64,000 nt of DNA from a virus. Under the pieces are notes generated by a model that was not told the DNA's origin, made no database searches, and saw only the letters and a program-made list of their open reading frames with translations. The translations under genes were made by a program, and so were the position numbers. The stretch covers positions 1 to 64,000 of IMG/VR virus record IMGVR_UViG_3300015245_000004; one strand, given 5' to 3'. Every line of letters starts with the position of its first letter. Position 1 is the first letter of the stretch. Shown in pieces: positions 34,176 to 42,023 of the stretch.

Positions 34176-34248
34176 CGACGCCGACCATCGGCCCGGCACC
34201 GCCCGCCGGGCCGATGGTCGCCGCCGATAACCAAACGAGGGCCTTACG
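34174..34248 (+). repeat. Intergenic stem-loop repeat, copy 3 (perfect 14-bp stem)
   Basis: GACCATCGGCCCGG-caccgcccg-CCGGGCCGATGGTC. The 3' tail is diverged (GCCGCCGATAACCAAACGAGGGCCTTACG-ATG). Confidence 0.8.
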
Positions 34249-34533
34249 ATGCCAGAAGTGACCGATTCATCCAACCCCAGGCAAAAGGCCATCTATGATC
34301 AAATGGCCGTGTCCGCCCGGTGCGACTGCTACTGCGACCACCCCTCATCAAGCGGCCGGTGCACAACCCGCCGCGACGGCCCCGGTAACTGGGGTGTAGC
34401 CGACCCGACCCACTTCCCCGGCCAGGTCGCCATTTGCTCCGCATGCCGCGCCGAGTGCGCATGCCACAAGGGTGAGCGGATCAACGCGGACGCGGCGGAT
34501 GAAGCCGCCATCGATGCAGTACTCGGAACGTAA
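34249..34533 (+). CDS. Hypothetical Cys-rich small protein (cassette 3)
   Basis: 94 aa with CDCYCDH...CTTRRD...CSACRAECACHKG. Confidence 0.45.
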   Translation: MPEVTDSSNPRQKAIYDQMAVSARCDCYCDHPSSSGRCTTRRDGPGNWGVADPTHFPGQVAICSACRAECACHKGERINADAADEAAIDAVLGT

Positions 34534-34603
34534 AACGACGCCGACTACCGGCCCCGCACCGCCCGCCGGGCCGATGGTCGCCGCCGCTAACTACGAGGGA
34601 ATC
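34534..34603 (+). repeat. Intergenic stem-loop repeat, copy 4
   Basis: Essentially identical to copy 1 and ends at the ATG at 34604. Confidence 0.85.
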
Positions 34604-34807
34604 ATGACTACAAAACCAAAACGCCGCTCGGGCGATATTCGGCAGGACCGAACGCCCGAGGAAAAACTTCTACACCTAGCCAAGGTCCTGCGGGCGCAGG
34701 CATCGAAATGGAGCGCCACATACGCCAACGGTGCCCTACTTGATGTGGCATACGCCTTTAATGTCATCGCCAATGAGATCGACCCAGATAACACATACAC
34801 CGACTGA
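34604..34807 (+). CDS. Hypothetical small protein (cassette 4)
   Basis: Starts MTTKPKRRSGDIRQ... after the repeat-borne RBS. The longer ORF-track form reads through the repeat. Confidence 0.45.
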   Translation: MTTKPKRRSGDIRQDRTPEEKLLHLAKVLRAQASKWSATYANGALLDVAYAFNVIANEIDPDNTYTD

Positions 34808-34824
34808 ATAAGCCTCGTCCCCCA

Positions 34825-34835
34825 CCCGATAATAC
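34825..34835 (+). promoter_or_regulatory. Conserved CCCGATAATAC (-10-like) motif
   Basis: GATAAT at 34828-34833, 22 nt upstream of the ATG at 34856, with GGGAGA as the RBS. Confidence 0.45.
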
Positions 34836-34855
34836 CTGTAAAGGGAGACCGCGCA

Positions 34856-35551
34856 ATGGCAACCACAGCAAAACCAACCCAACCAACAACCGAGCGGCAG
34901 CCGGGTGCATACCCGTACCGCAACAAGAAAATGTACATCGCCCGCGTGAAGGCCCATCGCAAGGCCGATGAACTGGTTCGCGGTGTGACCTGGGAATCGA
35001 ACGGTACTCAGCAGGGCTGCGCAGTGGGGTGCACATTGCACACCTACGACCACGGCAGATACCCAGAACTTCTCGGGGTGCCCGAACAGATTGCTCATCT
35101 CGAAGATTGGTTATTTGAGAATATGCCAACGAACCATCTAATGTGGCCCGAACGATTCCTAAGCGCAATTCAGGAAGGAGCGGACCTTAGTAAGGTCTAC
35201 CCACAATGGGTTGTGCGAACTTTGAAACGACGGCTGGTCTCCCTCGGTAACAATGATGAACCTTGGCATAAACAATGCAAAGAAGCGATTGAAGGTGTTT
35301 GTCGCCTTTTCGAGAATGGAATGCCTACCGAAGCCGCCGCCAGAGCCGCCGAAGCCGCCGCCTGGACCGCCGAAGCCGCCGCCAGAGCCGCCAGAGCCGC
35401 CAGAGCCGCCAGAGCCGCCAGAGCCGCCGCCGGGGCCGCCGAAGCCGCCGCCAGGTCCGCCTGGACCGCCTGGACCGCCGAAATAAAACACCAGACAGCC
35501 GATCTAATCGAACTACTCAAGGCCGCCCCAGTAATAGGAGCCATCAATTGA
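34856..35551 (+). CDS. Hypothetical protein with C-terminal Ala-rich AAR/AAW helical repeats
   Basis: 231 aa. The globular N-terminal part is followed by EAAARAAEAAAWTAEAAARAARAARAARAARAAAGAAEAAARSAWTAWTAE. Confidence 0.5.
   Translation: MATTAKPTQPTTERQPGAYPYRNKKMYIARVKAHRKADELVRGVTWESNGTQQGCAVGCTLHTYDHGRYPELLGVPEQIAHLEDWLFENMPTNHLMWPERFLSAIQEGADLSKVYPQWVVRTLKRRLVSLGNNDEPWHKQCKEAIEGVCRLFENGMPTEAAARAAEAAAWTAEAAARAARAARAARAARAAAGAAEAAARSAWTAWTAEIKHQTADLIELLKAAPVIGAIN
35381..35425 (+). repeat. 9-bp microsatellite (GCCAGAGCC) x5 inside the Ala-rich gene
   Basis: Five perfect tandem units encoding (ARA)n, embedded in a wider GCC-rich tract (~35330-35480). Confidence 0.8.
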
Positions 35552-35820
35552 CCACTATCCACGCCATCGCTGGCCCCGGCCCAATACAGCTGGACGCCAT
35601 CACCCTCCCGGCCCTGTCCGAATGGGTCGAGGAGACCCGAGACCACTACCGAGTCAAAAACCGCTACGTATCATACACCGCCCTGATGCGGCTCGCCGGC
35701 AATGTCGTGCCCGCCGTAAAAACCCCGCTAGTCACAGCACGGATGCGATCATTGTTCAGCGAAGAGCTAGACGCCGAACGAGCCGCGCTGCGAACTATGA
35801 TCTGGCCCCCGCAAAAATAA
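35548..35820 (+). CDS. Hypothetical protein (TTG start candidate)
   Basis: TTG at 35548 overlaps the upstream TGA (caaTTGAcc), with GGAG 7 nt upstream. 90 aa (.TTIHAIAGPGPIQLDAITLP...). The ORF-track form 35299..35820 overlaps the previous gene. Confidence 0.35.
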   Translation: MTTIHAIAGPGPIQLDAITLPALSEWVEETRDHYRVKNRYVSYTALMRLAGNVVPAVKTPLVTARMRSLFSEELDAERAALRTMIWPPQK

Positions 35821-35833
35821 ACCTCGGATTTAT

Positions 35834-35862
35834 TTGCAAAGTCGCAAGTACCATCCGATAAT
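35834..35862 (+). promoter_or_regulatory. Sigma70-like promoter TTGCAA-17 nt-GATAAT (contains the CCGATAATAC motif)
   Basis: TTGCAA at 35834-35839, spacer at 35840-35856, GATAAT at 35857-35862. It is 42 nt upstream of the ATG at 35905. Confidence 0.55.
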
Positions 35863-35904
35863 ACTCAAGCCAGCAGGACACAACCCTAACCGGAGAACTA
35901 GACG

Positions 35905-36672
<768 letters not shown>

Positions 36673-36676
36673 AACC

Positions 36677-36687
36677 CCCGATAATAC
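36677..36687 (+). promoter_or_regulatory. Conserved CCCGATAATAC (-10-like) motif upstream of the tRNA-like region
   Basis: GATAAT at 36680-36685, immediately after the stop at 36672. Confidence 0.4.
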
Positions 36688-36791
36688 TACGGGGAGCGTT
36701 TAGCCGCAACGGACCTCGCTAAATACAACCACCCCGACCAACGGCGGGATTCGCTGCGCAAGGCAACCCAAGGACGGGCGGGGTGGTTTTA

Positions 36792-36895
36792 GGATGGGTA
36801 GGGAAGTGGCTATAACCCTGAAGTGCAACTAGAAGGGGTTAGTGTGGTGCACCACAACACTAACCGCTCCGCAGGTTCGAATCCTGCTCCATCCA
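36792..36895 (+). tRNA. tRNA-like element (104 nt), non-canonical; anticodon arm not resolvable
   Basis: Acceptor GGATGGG / TCCATCC (7 bp including one G-U), U8 A9, and a D-arm GGG-AAGTGGCTATAA-CCC of type-II style. The T-arm is canonical (GCAGG-TTCGAAT-CCTGC), the discriminator is A, and no CCA is encoded. The middle 52 nt hold a 9-bp hairpin (GGTTAGTGT...ACACTAACC) instead of a normal anticodon arm. Confidence 0.4.
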
Positions 36896-36994
36896 TTAGT
36901 GCTTTCTTGACGATAGGTTGGTGGTGCGGCAACAAGCCACGAACCTAACCGCGACACCTGGACTAGTGGTCGCCAGTGGAAAGCCGAAACCCTA

Positions 36995-37020
36995 TGTAAT
37001 ACCGCAACCGAGCGCTCGGT
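36995..37020 (+). promoter_or_regulatory. -10-like TGTAATAC followed by a perfect 14-bp palindrome (operator-like)
   Basis: TGTAATAC at 36995-37002 and ACCGAGCGCTCGGT at 37007-37020, about 55 nt upstream of the clamp gene ATG. Confidence 0.35.
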
Positions 37021-37073
37021 GTTAGCGGGGCCGTAGGGTGGGAAACCACCATTTCACTTCAACGGAATAACTA

Positions 37074-38108
37074 ATGACCATACGAATCAACCGCGCCGAC
37101 TTCCTACGCCAGCTTGAACTGGTGACCCCCGGCCTATCGCCAAAGGAAGTTGTGGAGCAATCCTCGTGCTTTGTATTCCGGGGCGGCATGGCCCTGACCT
37201 ACAACGACGAGGTCGCCTGCCGCGCCAAGTCGCTGCTCGATACCAACATTACCGGGGCAGTGAAGGCCGCGCCCCTGATCAAAATCCTCACCAAGATGAC
37301 CGAAGAGGAAATCGAGATCGAGCAGGGCAACGGTGAACTACTCATCCAGGGCAAGCGGCGCAAAACCGGCATCCGCATGGAAGCCGAGATCACCCTGGGC
37401 GTCGGGGCCGTCGAGCGGCCGACTACCTGGGTGGATATACCGGCCGAGTTTGGCGAGGCCGTTTCAATCGTACACGAGTGCGCGGCACGGCAAAACGAAG
37501 TCAGCTTCGTACTAACGTGTGTGCACATCGCGCCCGGCTGGGTAGAGGCGTGCGATAACTTTCAAATAACGCGCTACGAGCTACCCACCGGGCTTAAAAA
37601 ACCCGTCCTGGTGAAGTGCGATGCGATCAAGGCCATCGGCAAGTTATCCATGCACAAGTTGTCCGAGACGCAGGCATGGATTCACTTCAAGAACAAGGCC
37701 GGCGTAGTGCTGTCCTGCCGGCGCTACGTCGAGGATTACCCCGACCTGGCAACCGGCTTTAACTTCGAGGGAGCGCCGGCCACCCTACCCAAGGGCCTGA
37801 TCGAGGCGTGCGACAAGGCCAACGTATTCTCCGAGGAAAACGCCACCGATAATAACCGAGTGCTGATTCAGCTACGACCCGGCGAGATGCGCGTGAAGGG
37901 CACCGGCGCATCCGGCTGGTATAGCGAGGTCAAGAAGCTGAAATACAACGGACCGCCGATATCGTTCATGGTATCGCCGAAGGTTTTGATGGAGTTGGTC
38001 AAGCGCCACATCGACTGCGAGGTGACCAGCACCAAGCTCAAGGTGGTATCTGGCCGCCTGACCTACTGCGCCTTTTTGTTCAACACAGATAAGGAGAAGT
38101 CGGAATGA
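37074..38108 (+). CDS. DNA polymerase sliding clamp (bacterial beta-clamp-like)
   Basis: 344 aa. The N-terminus MTIRINRADFLRQLELVTPGLSPKE...FVFRGGMALTYNDEVACRAK follows the beta-clamp pattern. The size fits three domains, and a clamp-loader gene is present in the same operon. Confidence 0.6.
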   Translation: MTIRINRADFLRQLELVTPGLSPKEVVEQSSCFVFRGGMALTYNDEVACRAKSLLDTNITGAVKAAPLIKILTKMTEEEIEIEQGNGELLIQGKRRKTGIRMEAEITLGVGAVERPTTWVDIPAEFGEAVSIVHECAARQNEVSFVLTCVHIAPGWVEACDNFQITRYELPTGLKKPVLVKCDAIKAIGKLSMHKLSETQAWIHFKNKAGVVLSCRRYVEDYPDLATGFNFEGAPATLPKGLIEACDKANVFSEENATDNNRVLIQLRPGEMRVKGTGASGWYSEVKKLKYNGPPISFMVSPKVLMELVKRHIDCEVTSTKLKVVSGRLTYCAFLFNTDKEKSE

Positions 38109-38395
38109 AAGTTCAACCAATCGGAAACAAAATCCTGGTCACACCGGATCGTCCGGCCGACCGCTCCAAGGGCGGAGTCTATCTACCCGATAACCCGCGC
38201 CGTAAGACCCAGCAGGGCCGCGTCAAGGCCATAGGAACGGGCCGTGTAGCCGACGACGGCCGAGTGATCCCTATGTCGGTCGCGGTGGGCGACGTGGTGG
38301 TGTTCCGCCAGCACAGCGAGCAGAAGGCCGAGGATTACCTCAGCGAGGACATCATAATCACGGACGACGACGTACTCGCCAGGATCGAGAAATGA
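38105..38395 (+). CDS. groES: GroES-like co-chaperonin (Cpn10)
   Basis: 96 aa. MKVQPIGNKILVTPDRPADRSKGGVYLPDN...QGRVKAIGTGRV...VGDVVVF. ATGA overlaps on both sides. Confidence 0.85.
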   Translation: MKVQPIGNKILVTPDRPADRSKGGVYLPDNPRRKTQQGRVKAIGTGRVADDGRVIPMSVAVGDVVVFRQHSEQKAEDYLSEDIIITDDDVLARIEK

Positions 38396-39612
38396 ACGAG
38401 GGGTTTTTCAGCCGCGCCGCCCTGCCTATGGCCAAGGAGCCGCCGTCGCTAATAGCAAAGTGCGGCACCTGTGGTTTGTACAAAGGGTGCCAGTCGCCGA
38501 AGATGCCGGTATCGGGAAAGGGCCGGCGGCGCATCCTTATAGTTGGCGAGGCCCCCGGCGAGAACGAAGATGCCCAGGGCAAGCAGTTCGTTGGCGATAG
38601 CGGGCAGCGGCTGCGGTCGGCCCTTCGTAAATTTGGCATCGACCCAAACGAGGACTGCTGGTTCACCAACGCACTTTCGTGCCGCCCGCCGCGCAACCGC
38701 ACTCCAACCGAGAAGGAAATTAACTACTGCCGACCATTGGTGGTGAAGGCCATCAACGAGCTAAAACCCAATGTTATTATCCCCCTCGGCGGGTCCGCCG
38801 TTCGCAGCGTCATCGCCCACGCCTGGCGCGACGACATTGATGCCATCACCCGCTGGGTCGGGTGGGGAATACCCTCGCAAAAGTTGAACGCCTGGATATG
38901 CCCATCATACCACCCAAGTTATTTATTGCGAATGAACGACCCAGTGCTGGACCGGGACTTCGAGACGCACATTGCAGCGGCGGTTAAAATAACCAAACCT
39001 CCGTGGCGTGCCTTGCACGCAGTGCCGGATTACAAAAACGATGTAGATATCGAAATGGACGATAAGAGGATTGCCAAGTGGCTTAGAGTGATAAAACGCA
39101 AAGGGTTAGAGTTTTCCTGGGATATTGAAACCGACCGGCTAAAACCGGACGATAAGGACGCTACGATCATATGCTGCTCGGTGTGTGCATACCACCACGA
39201 CTGCCGTGCCTTCCCTTGGCACGGTAAAGTCATCCCCGCAATGAAACAGCTACTCCAATCCGATAACCCTAAGTATGGCTATAACTGCAAGTTTGAAAGT
39301 CGCTGGGCAAAAAGGCTCCTTGGAGTGGATGTAAAGAACTGGGTCTGGGATGGAATGATTGCCGCCCACGTTCTCGATAACCGCGCCAGCATTACCTCGC
39401 TCAAGTTCCAATCGTTTGTGTTACTCGGCCAGGGCGACTACGACTCGCACATCAAGCCGTACCTGGAGGGAACCGGCGGCAATGGACGCAACCGCATTCG
39501 AGAGCTTGACCTTTCAGCGCTGATGCTTTACTGCGGCATGGACTCCTTAATGGAGTACAAGATTGCAATTAAACAAATGGAAATGATGAAGCATGGCGGC
39601 ATATGTCTGTAA
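38392..39612 (+). CDS. Family-4 uracil-DNA-glycosylase-like domain fused to the 3'-5' exonuclease domain of family A DNA polymerase
   Basis: UDG-like motifs CGTCGLYKGC, LIVGEAPGENEDAQGKQFVGDSG, FTNALSCRPP and YHPSYLLR. Exonuclease motifs: Exo I FSWDIETDRL, Exo II YGYNCKFESRW, Exo III YCGMDSLMEY. Confidence 0.75.
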   Translation: MNEGFFSRAALPMAKEPPSLIAKCGTCGLYKGCQSPKMPVSGKGRRRILIVGEAPGENEDAQGKQFVGDSGQRLRSALRKFGIDPNEDCWFTNALSCRPPRNRTPTEKEINYCRPLVVKAINELKPNVIIPLGGSAVRSVIAHAWRDDIDAITRWVGWGIPSQKLNAWICPSYHPSYLLRMNDPVLDRDFETHIAAAVKITKPPWRALHAVPDYKNDVDIEMDDKRIAKWLRVIKRKGLEFSWDIETDRLKPDDKDATIICCSVCAYHHDCRAFPWHGKVIPAMKQLLQSDNPKYGYNCKFESRWAKRLLGVDVKNWVWDGMIAAHVLDNRASITSLKFQSFVLLGQGDYDSHIKPYLEGTGGNGRNRIRELDLSALMLYCGMDSLMEYKIAIKQMEMMKHGGICL

Positions 39613-40027
39613 GGCCCACTGCCTGGGGCCGCACGGCGAGGACTTCATCCTCTATGCCGATACCATCCCCGAGCTGCACGCCGCGTGCGCCGGCGTCCTG
39701 AGCCGCGCACGCTACCATAAATCACCGCCGTGGGTGGTCCCGCACTATTTGCTATCCAAGCGGCAGGCGGGCCGCTGTAGGCAGGAAAACGGGGCCGTGG
39801 ACGGCCAGGATAACGAGCACGCCGAGGAAATGAACGAATGCCGACGGTGGTGGCGCAGAGCCACCGCTAAACGGCTGATTGAGAAACGGAGGTCGAAGGT
39901 GGAACTAAACCCACGGAACAAGAAAACCAAGAAACTCAGCACGGCCACGTTCAATAAAAACCTAAAATACAGGAAGCGAAAAGGTTTGTGTATTCGCTGC
40001 GGCAGAAAACCATGTGTGTGTAAATGA
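39593..40027 (+). CDS. DUF4031-like protein with basic C-terminal tail and CxxC
   Basis: 144 aa. FILYADTIPELHAACAGVL ... PHYLLSKRQAGRCRQENGAV parallels the DUF4031 pattern (H-L-x-AD..ELH.FA ... HYD....R..A...GA). The tail is K/R-rich and ends CIRCGRKPCVCK. Confidence 0.5.
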   Translation: MAAYVCKAHCLGPHGEDFILYADTIPELHAACAGVLSRARYHKSPPWVVPHYLLSKRQAGRCRQENGAVDGQDNEHAEEMNECRRWWRRATAKRLIEKRRSKVELNPRNKKTKKLSTATFNKNLKYRKRKGLCIRCGRKPCVCK

Positions 40028-40072
40028 AGGCAACCCGCCACGACGGCTGATCGAGAGAGGTAAATCATTCTG

Positions 40073-40210
40073 ATGAACTACGATCCACAAAAATCTGACA
40101 ACGATATAGTAGCACCCTTTGTGCGGGGTGTTATAACCGGATTACTTGTACTGATACTTCTGTCGCTTTGGATGATCGACGGAACACTAAAAGCAATATT
40201 AGCCAAATGA
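40073..40210 (+). CDS. 45-aa single-pass membrane micro-protein (not in the ORF track)
   Basis: ATG at 40073 with GAGAGAGG 12 nt upstream. Sequence MNYDPQKSDNDIVAPFVRGVITGLLVLILLSLWMIDGTLKAILAK. Its TGA overlaps the polymerase ATG (ATGA at 40207-40210). AT-richer than its flanks. Confidence 0.4.
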   Translation: MNYDPQKSDNDIVAPFVRGVITGLLVLILLSLWMIDGTLKAILAK

Positions 40211-41628
40211 AAGCAACCCGCCAAGATGCACTGAAGCTGCTCATGGACGCCAGCGAGTGCCTGGCCGACATCGAGCACGCCGGCATCCGCGTTGACACCG
40301 AGTACCTCAACCGCACCCTGGCCGAGACCGCCGACAAGATATCACGGGGGCAGGCAAAGCTCCGCACGCATAGCCTCTACGAGAAGTGGCGACGGGCCTA
40401 CGGCGAGCGAACCAACCTCGGTAGCCGCGAGCAGCTTGCCAAAATGGTGTTTGGCAAGGAGGGCCTGAACCTGCCCTCCAAAGGAATGCTCACCGCAACC
40501 GGGCGGGTGAAGGCCGATGTAGCAGCGCTCGAGCACCTTGATCATCCGTTCGTTAAAAAGTACCTCCAGATCGAAAAACTCAAGAAGGCCCACGGCACCT
40601 ATCTCACCGGCATCCACCGCGAGGTCTGCAACGGCTACCTGCGGCCGTCGTTCAATATAAACCTTGCCGCCACCTATCGGCTCTCCTCATCGAACCCCAA
40701 CTTCCAAAATATGCCGATCCGCGACCCCTTCATTGGCGAGTTGATCCGCCGCTGCTTTATTGCCCGCAATGGCCACCAGTTAGTCGAGATTGATTACGTT
40801 GCCATCGAGGTCCGGGTTGCCGCATGCTACCACCGCGACCCCGCAATGATCGAGTACATTAAAGACCCGTCGAAGGACATGCACCGAGATATGGCGGCGC
40901 AAATCTATATGGTGCCGCCCGACGGGGTCGAGAAAATGGTTCGGTTCGCCGCCAAGTCCTACTTTGTATTCGCCCAGTTCTATGGCGACTATTACCTTCA
41001 CTGCGCCAAGGGCCTATGGTCGGCTATCGACCGGTTGAGCCTACAGTACAAGGGCAAGTCACTTAAGGAGCATCTCGCTCGCAAAGGAATCTCCAAGCTC
41101 GGCGCGTGCGACCCCGAGCAGGACGCCCGGCCCGGCACATTCGAGTACCACGTCAAAAAGGTCGAGGAGGATTTTTGGGGCCGCCGCTTCCAAAAGTATG
41201 CCAATTGGAAAAAAACCTATCACGCCAAACAACAGGCCAGGGGTTACTTCGACACCTTCACCGGGTTCCGCATCCCCGGCTACCACAAGCGCAATGACGT
41301 TATTAACTATGGCACGCAGTGTGACGCCAGCCAATGCACGCTTAAATCCTGTATTCTGCTCAACAAAGCACTGAAGAAAAGGCAGATGAAAAGCCGCATC
41401 GTTGGTATCATTCACGACAGTATTGTGGGTGACGTTCATACCGACGAAATTCAGGATTACCTGTCACTGGCCGATAATATCATGACGCGGCGAATACCGA
41501 AGTTATGGCCGTGGATAATCGTGCCGCTGGAGATCGAGGTGGATGTTTCCCCGCCCGGCGGCTCGTGGTTTGACAAAAAGCCCTGGGTCGAGTTAGGCAC
41601 CAACCTCTATAACTGGGGTCCAAAATGA
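40207..41628 (+). CDS. polA: Family A DNA polymerase, polymerase domain only
   Basis: Motif A LVEIDYVAIEVRVAA, motif B RFAAKSYFVFAQFYG, motif C VGIIHDSIVGD, plus SSSNPNFQNMP. The ATG at 40207 (MKATRQDAL...) is preferred over the TTG at 40168. Confidence 0.9.
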   Translation: MKATRQDALKLLMDASECLADIEHAGIRVDTEYLNRTLAETADKISRGQAKLRTHSLYEKWRRAYGERTNLGSREQLAKMVFGKEGLNLPSKGMLTATGRVKADVAALEHLDHPFVKKYLQIEKLKKAHGTYLTGIHREVCNGYLRPSFNINLAATYRLSSSNPNFQNMPIRDPFIGELIRRCFIARNGHQLVEIDYVAIEVRVAACYHRDPAMIEYIKDPSKDMHRDMAAQIYMVPPDGVEKMVRFAAKSYFVFAQFYGDYYLHCAKGLWSAIDRLSLQYKGKSLKEHLARKGISKLGACDPEQDARPGTFEYHVKKVEEDFWGRRFQKYANWKKTYHAKQQARGYFDTFTGFRIPGYHKRNDVINYGTQCDASQCTLKSCILLNKALKKRQMKSRIVGIIHDSIVGDVHTDEIQDYLSLADNIMTRRIPKLWPWIIVPLEIEVDVSPPGGSWFDKKPWVELGTNLYNWGPK

Positions 41629-42023
41629 AAGGCCTGTTCCGCATCATCGTGGCCGGCACCCGGACGTTCGACGACTACCCGCGCCTTAAGCGGGTTCTCG
41701 ATAGCCTGACCCGGAATATCCGCCCGGAGACCGCGATCATCATCCTGAGCGGTAAGGCAGTCGGCCCCGATACTATGGGCGAGCGATGGGCGCAGGAGCG
41801 GCTGCGAACCGTCACCAAGGGTGAGTTTCACCGAGGTCACTGCCAGAACTATTACCCCGACTGGAAACGTCACGGTAAAAAGGCCGGGATACTCCGCAAC
41901 GTTGAAATGGCCCAGAACGCCGATGCCCTGCTGGCGATATGGGACGGCAAGTCGCCCGGCACCAAACACATGATCGCCGAGGCAACCCGGCGAGGTCTGA
42001 AAATCCGAGTAGTGAGGTTTTAA
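41625..42023 (+). CDS. DUF2493/SLOG-family protein
   Basis: 132 aa. RIIVAGTRTFDDY...IILSGKAVGPDTMGERWA...DWKRHGKKAGILRNVEMAQNADALLAIWDGKSPGTKHMI. Confidence 0.6.
   Translation: MKGLFRIIVAGTRTFDDYPRLKRVLDSLTRNIRPETAIIILSGKAVGPDTMGERWAQERLRTVTKGEFHRGHCQNYYPDWKRHGKKAGILRNVEMAQNADALLAIWDGKSPGTKHMIAEATRRGLKIRVVRF

Noticed and set aside
33542-34603. Regularly spaced repeats that could be mistaken for a CRISPR array
   Set aside because: The units are about 70 bp and spaced 330-360 bp apart. Each interval holds a complete small ORF with an RBS, there is no cas gene, and the repeats include the RBS. These are intergenic cassette boundaries, not CRISPR repeats.
35159-35646. Minus-strand ORFs (110 and 149 aa) and plus-frame ORFs 35253..35486 and 35299..35820 across the GCC-rich tract
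   Set aside because: All frames are open over the GCCGCC/GCCAGAGCC repeats. Only the 34856..35551 frame has a globular N-terminal domain and a promoter/RBS context.
36792-36895. tRNA-like element as an attP core of an integrative phage
   Set aside because: No integrase or excisionase is present in the window. The element also has both acceptor strands and a D-arm, rather than only a 3' tRNA fragment.
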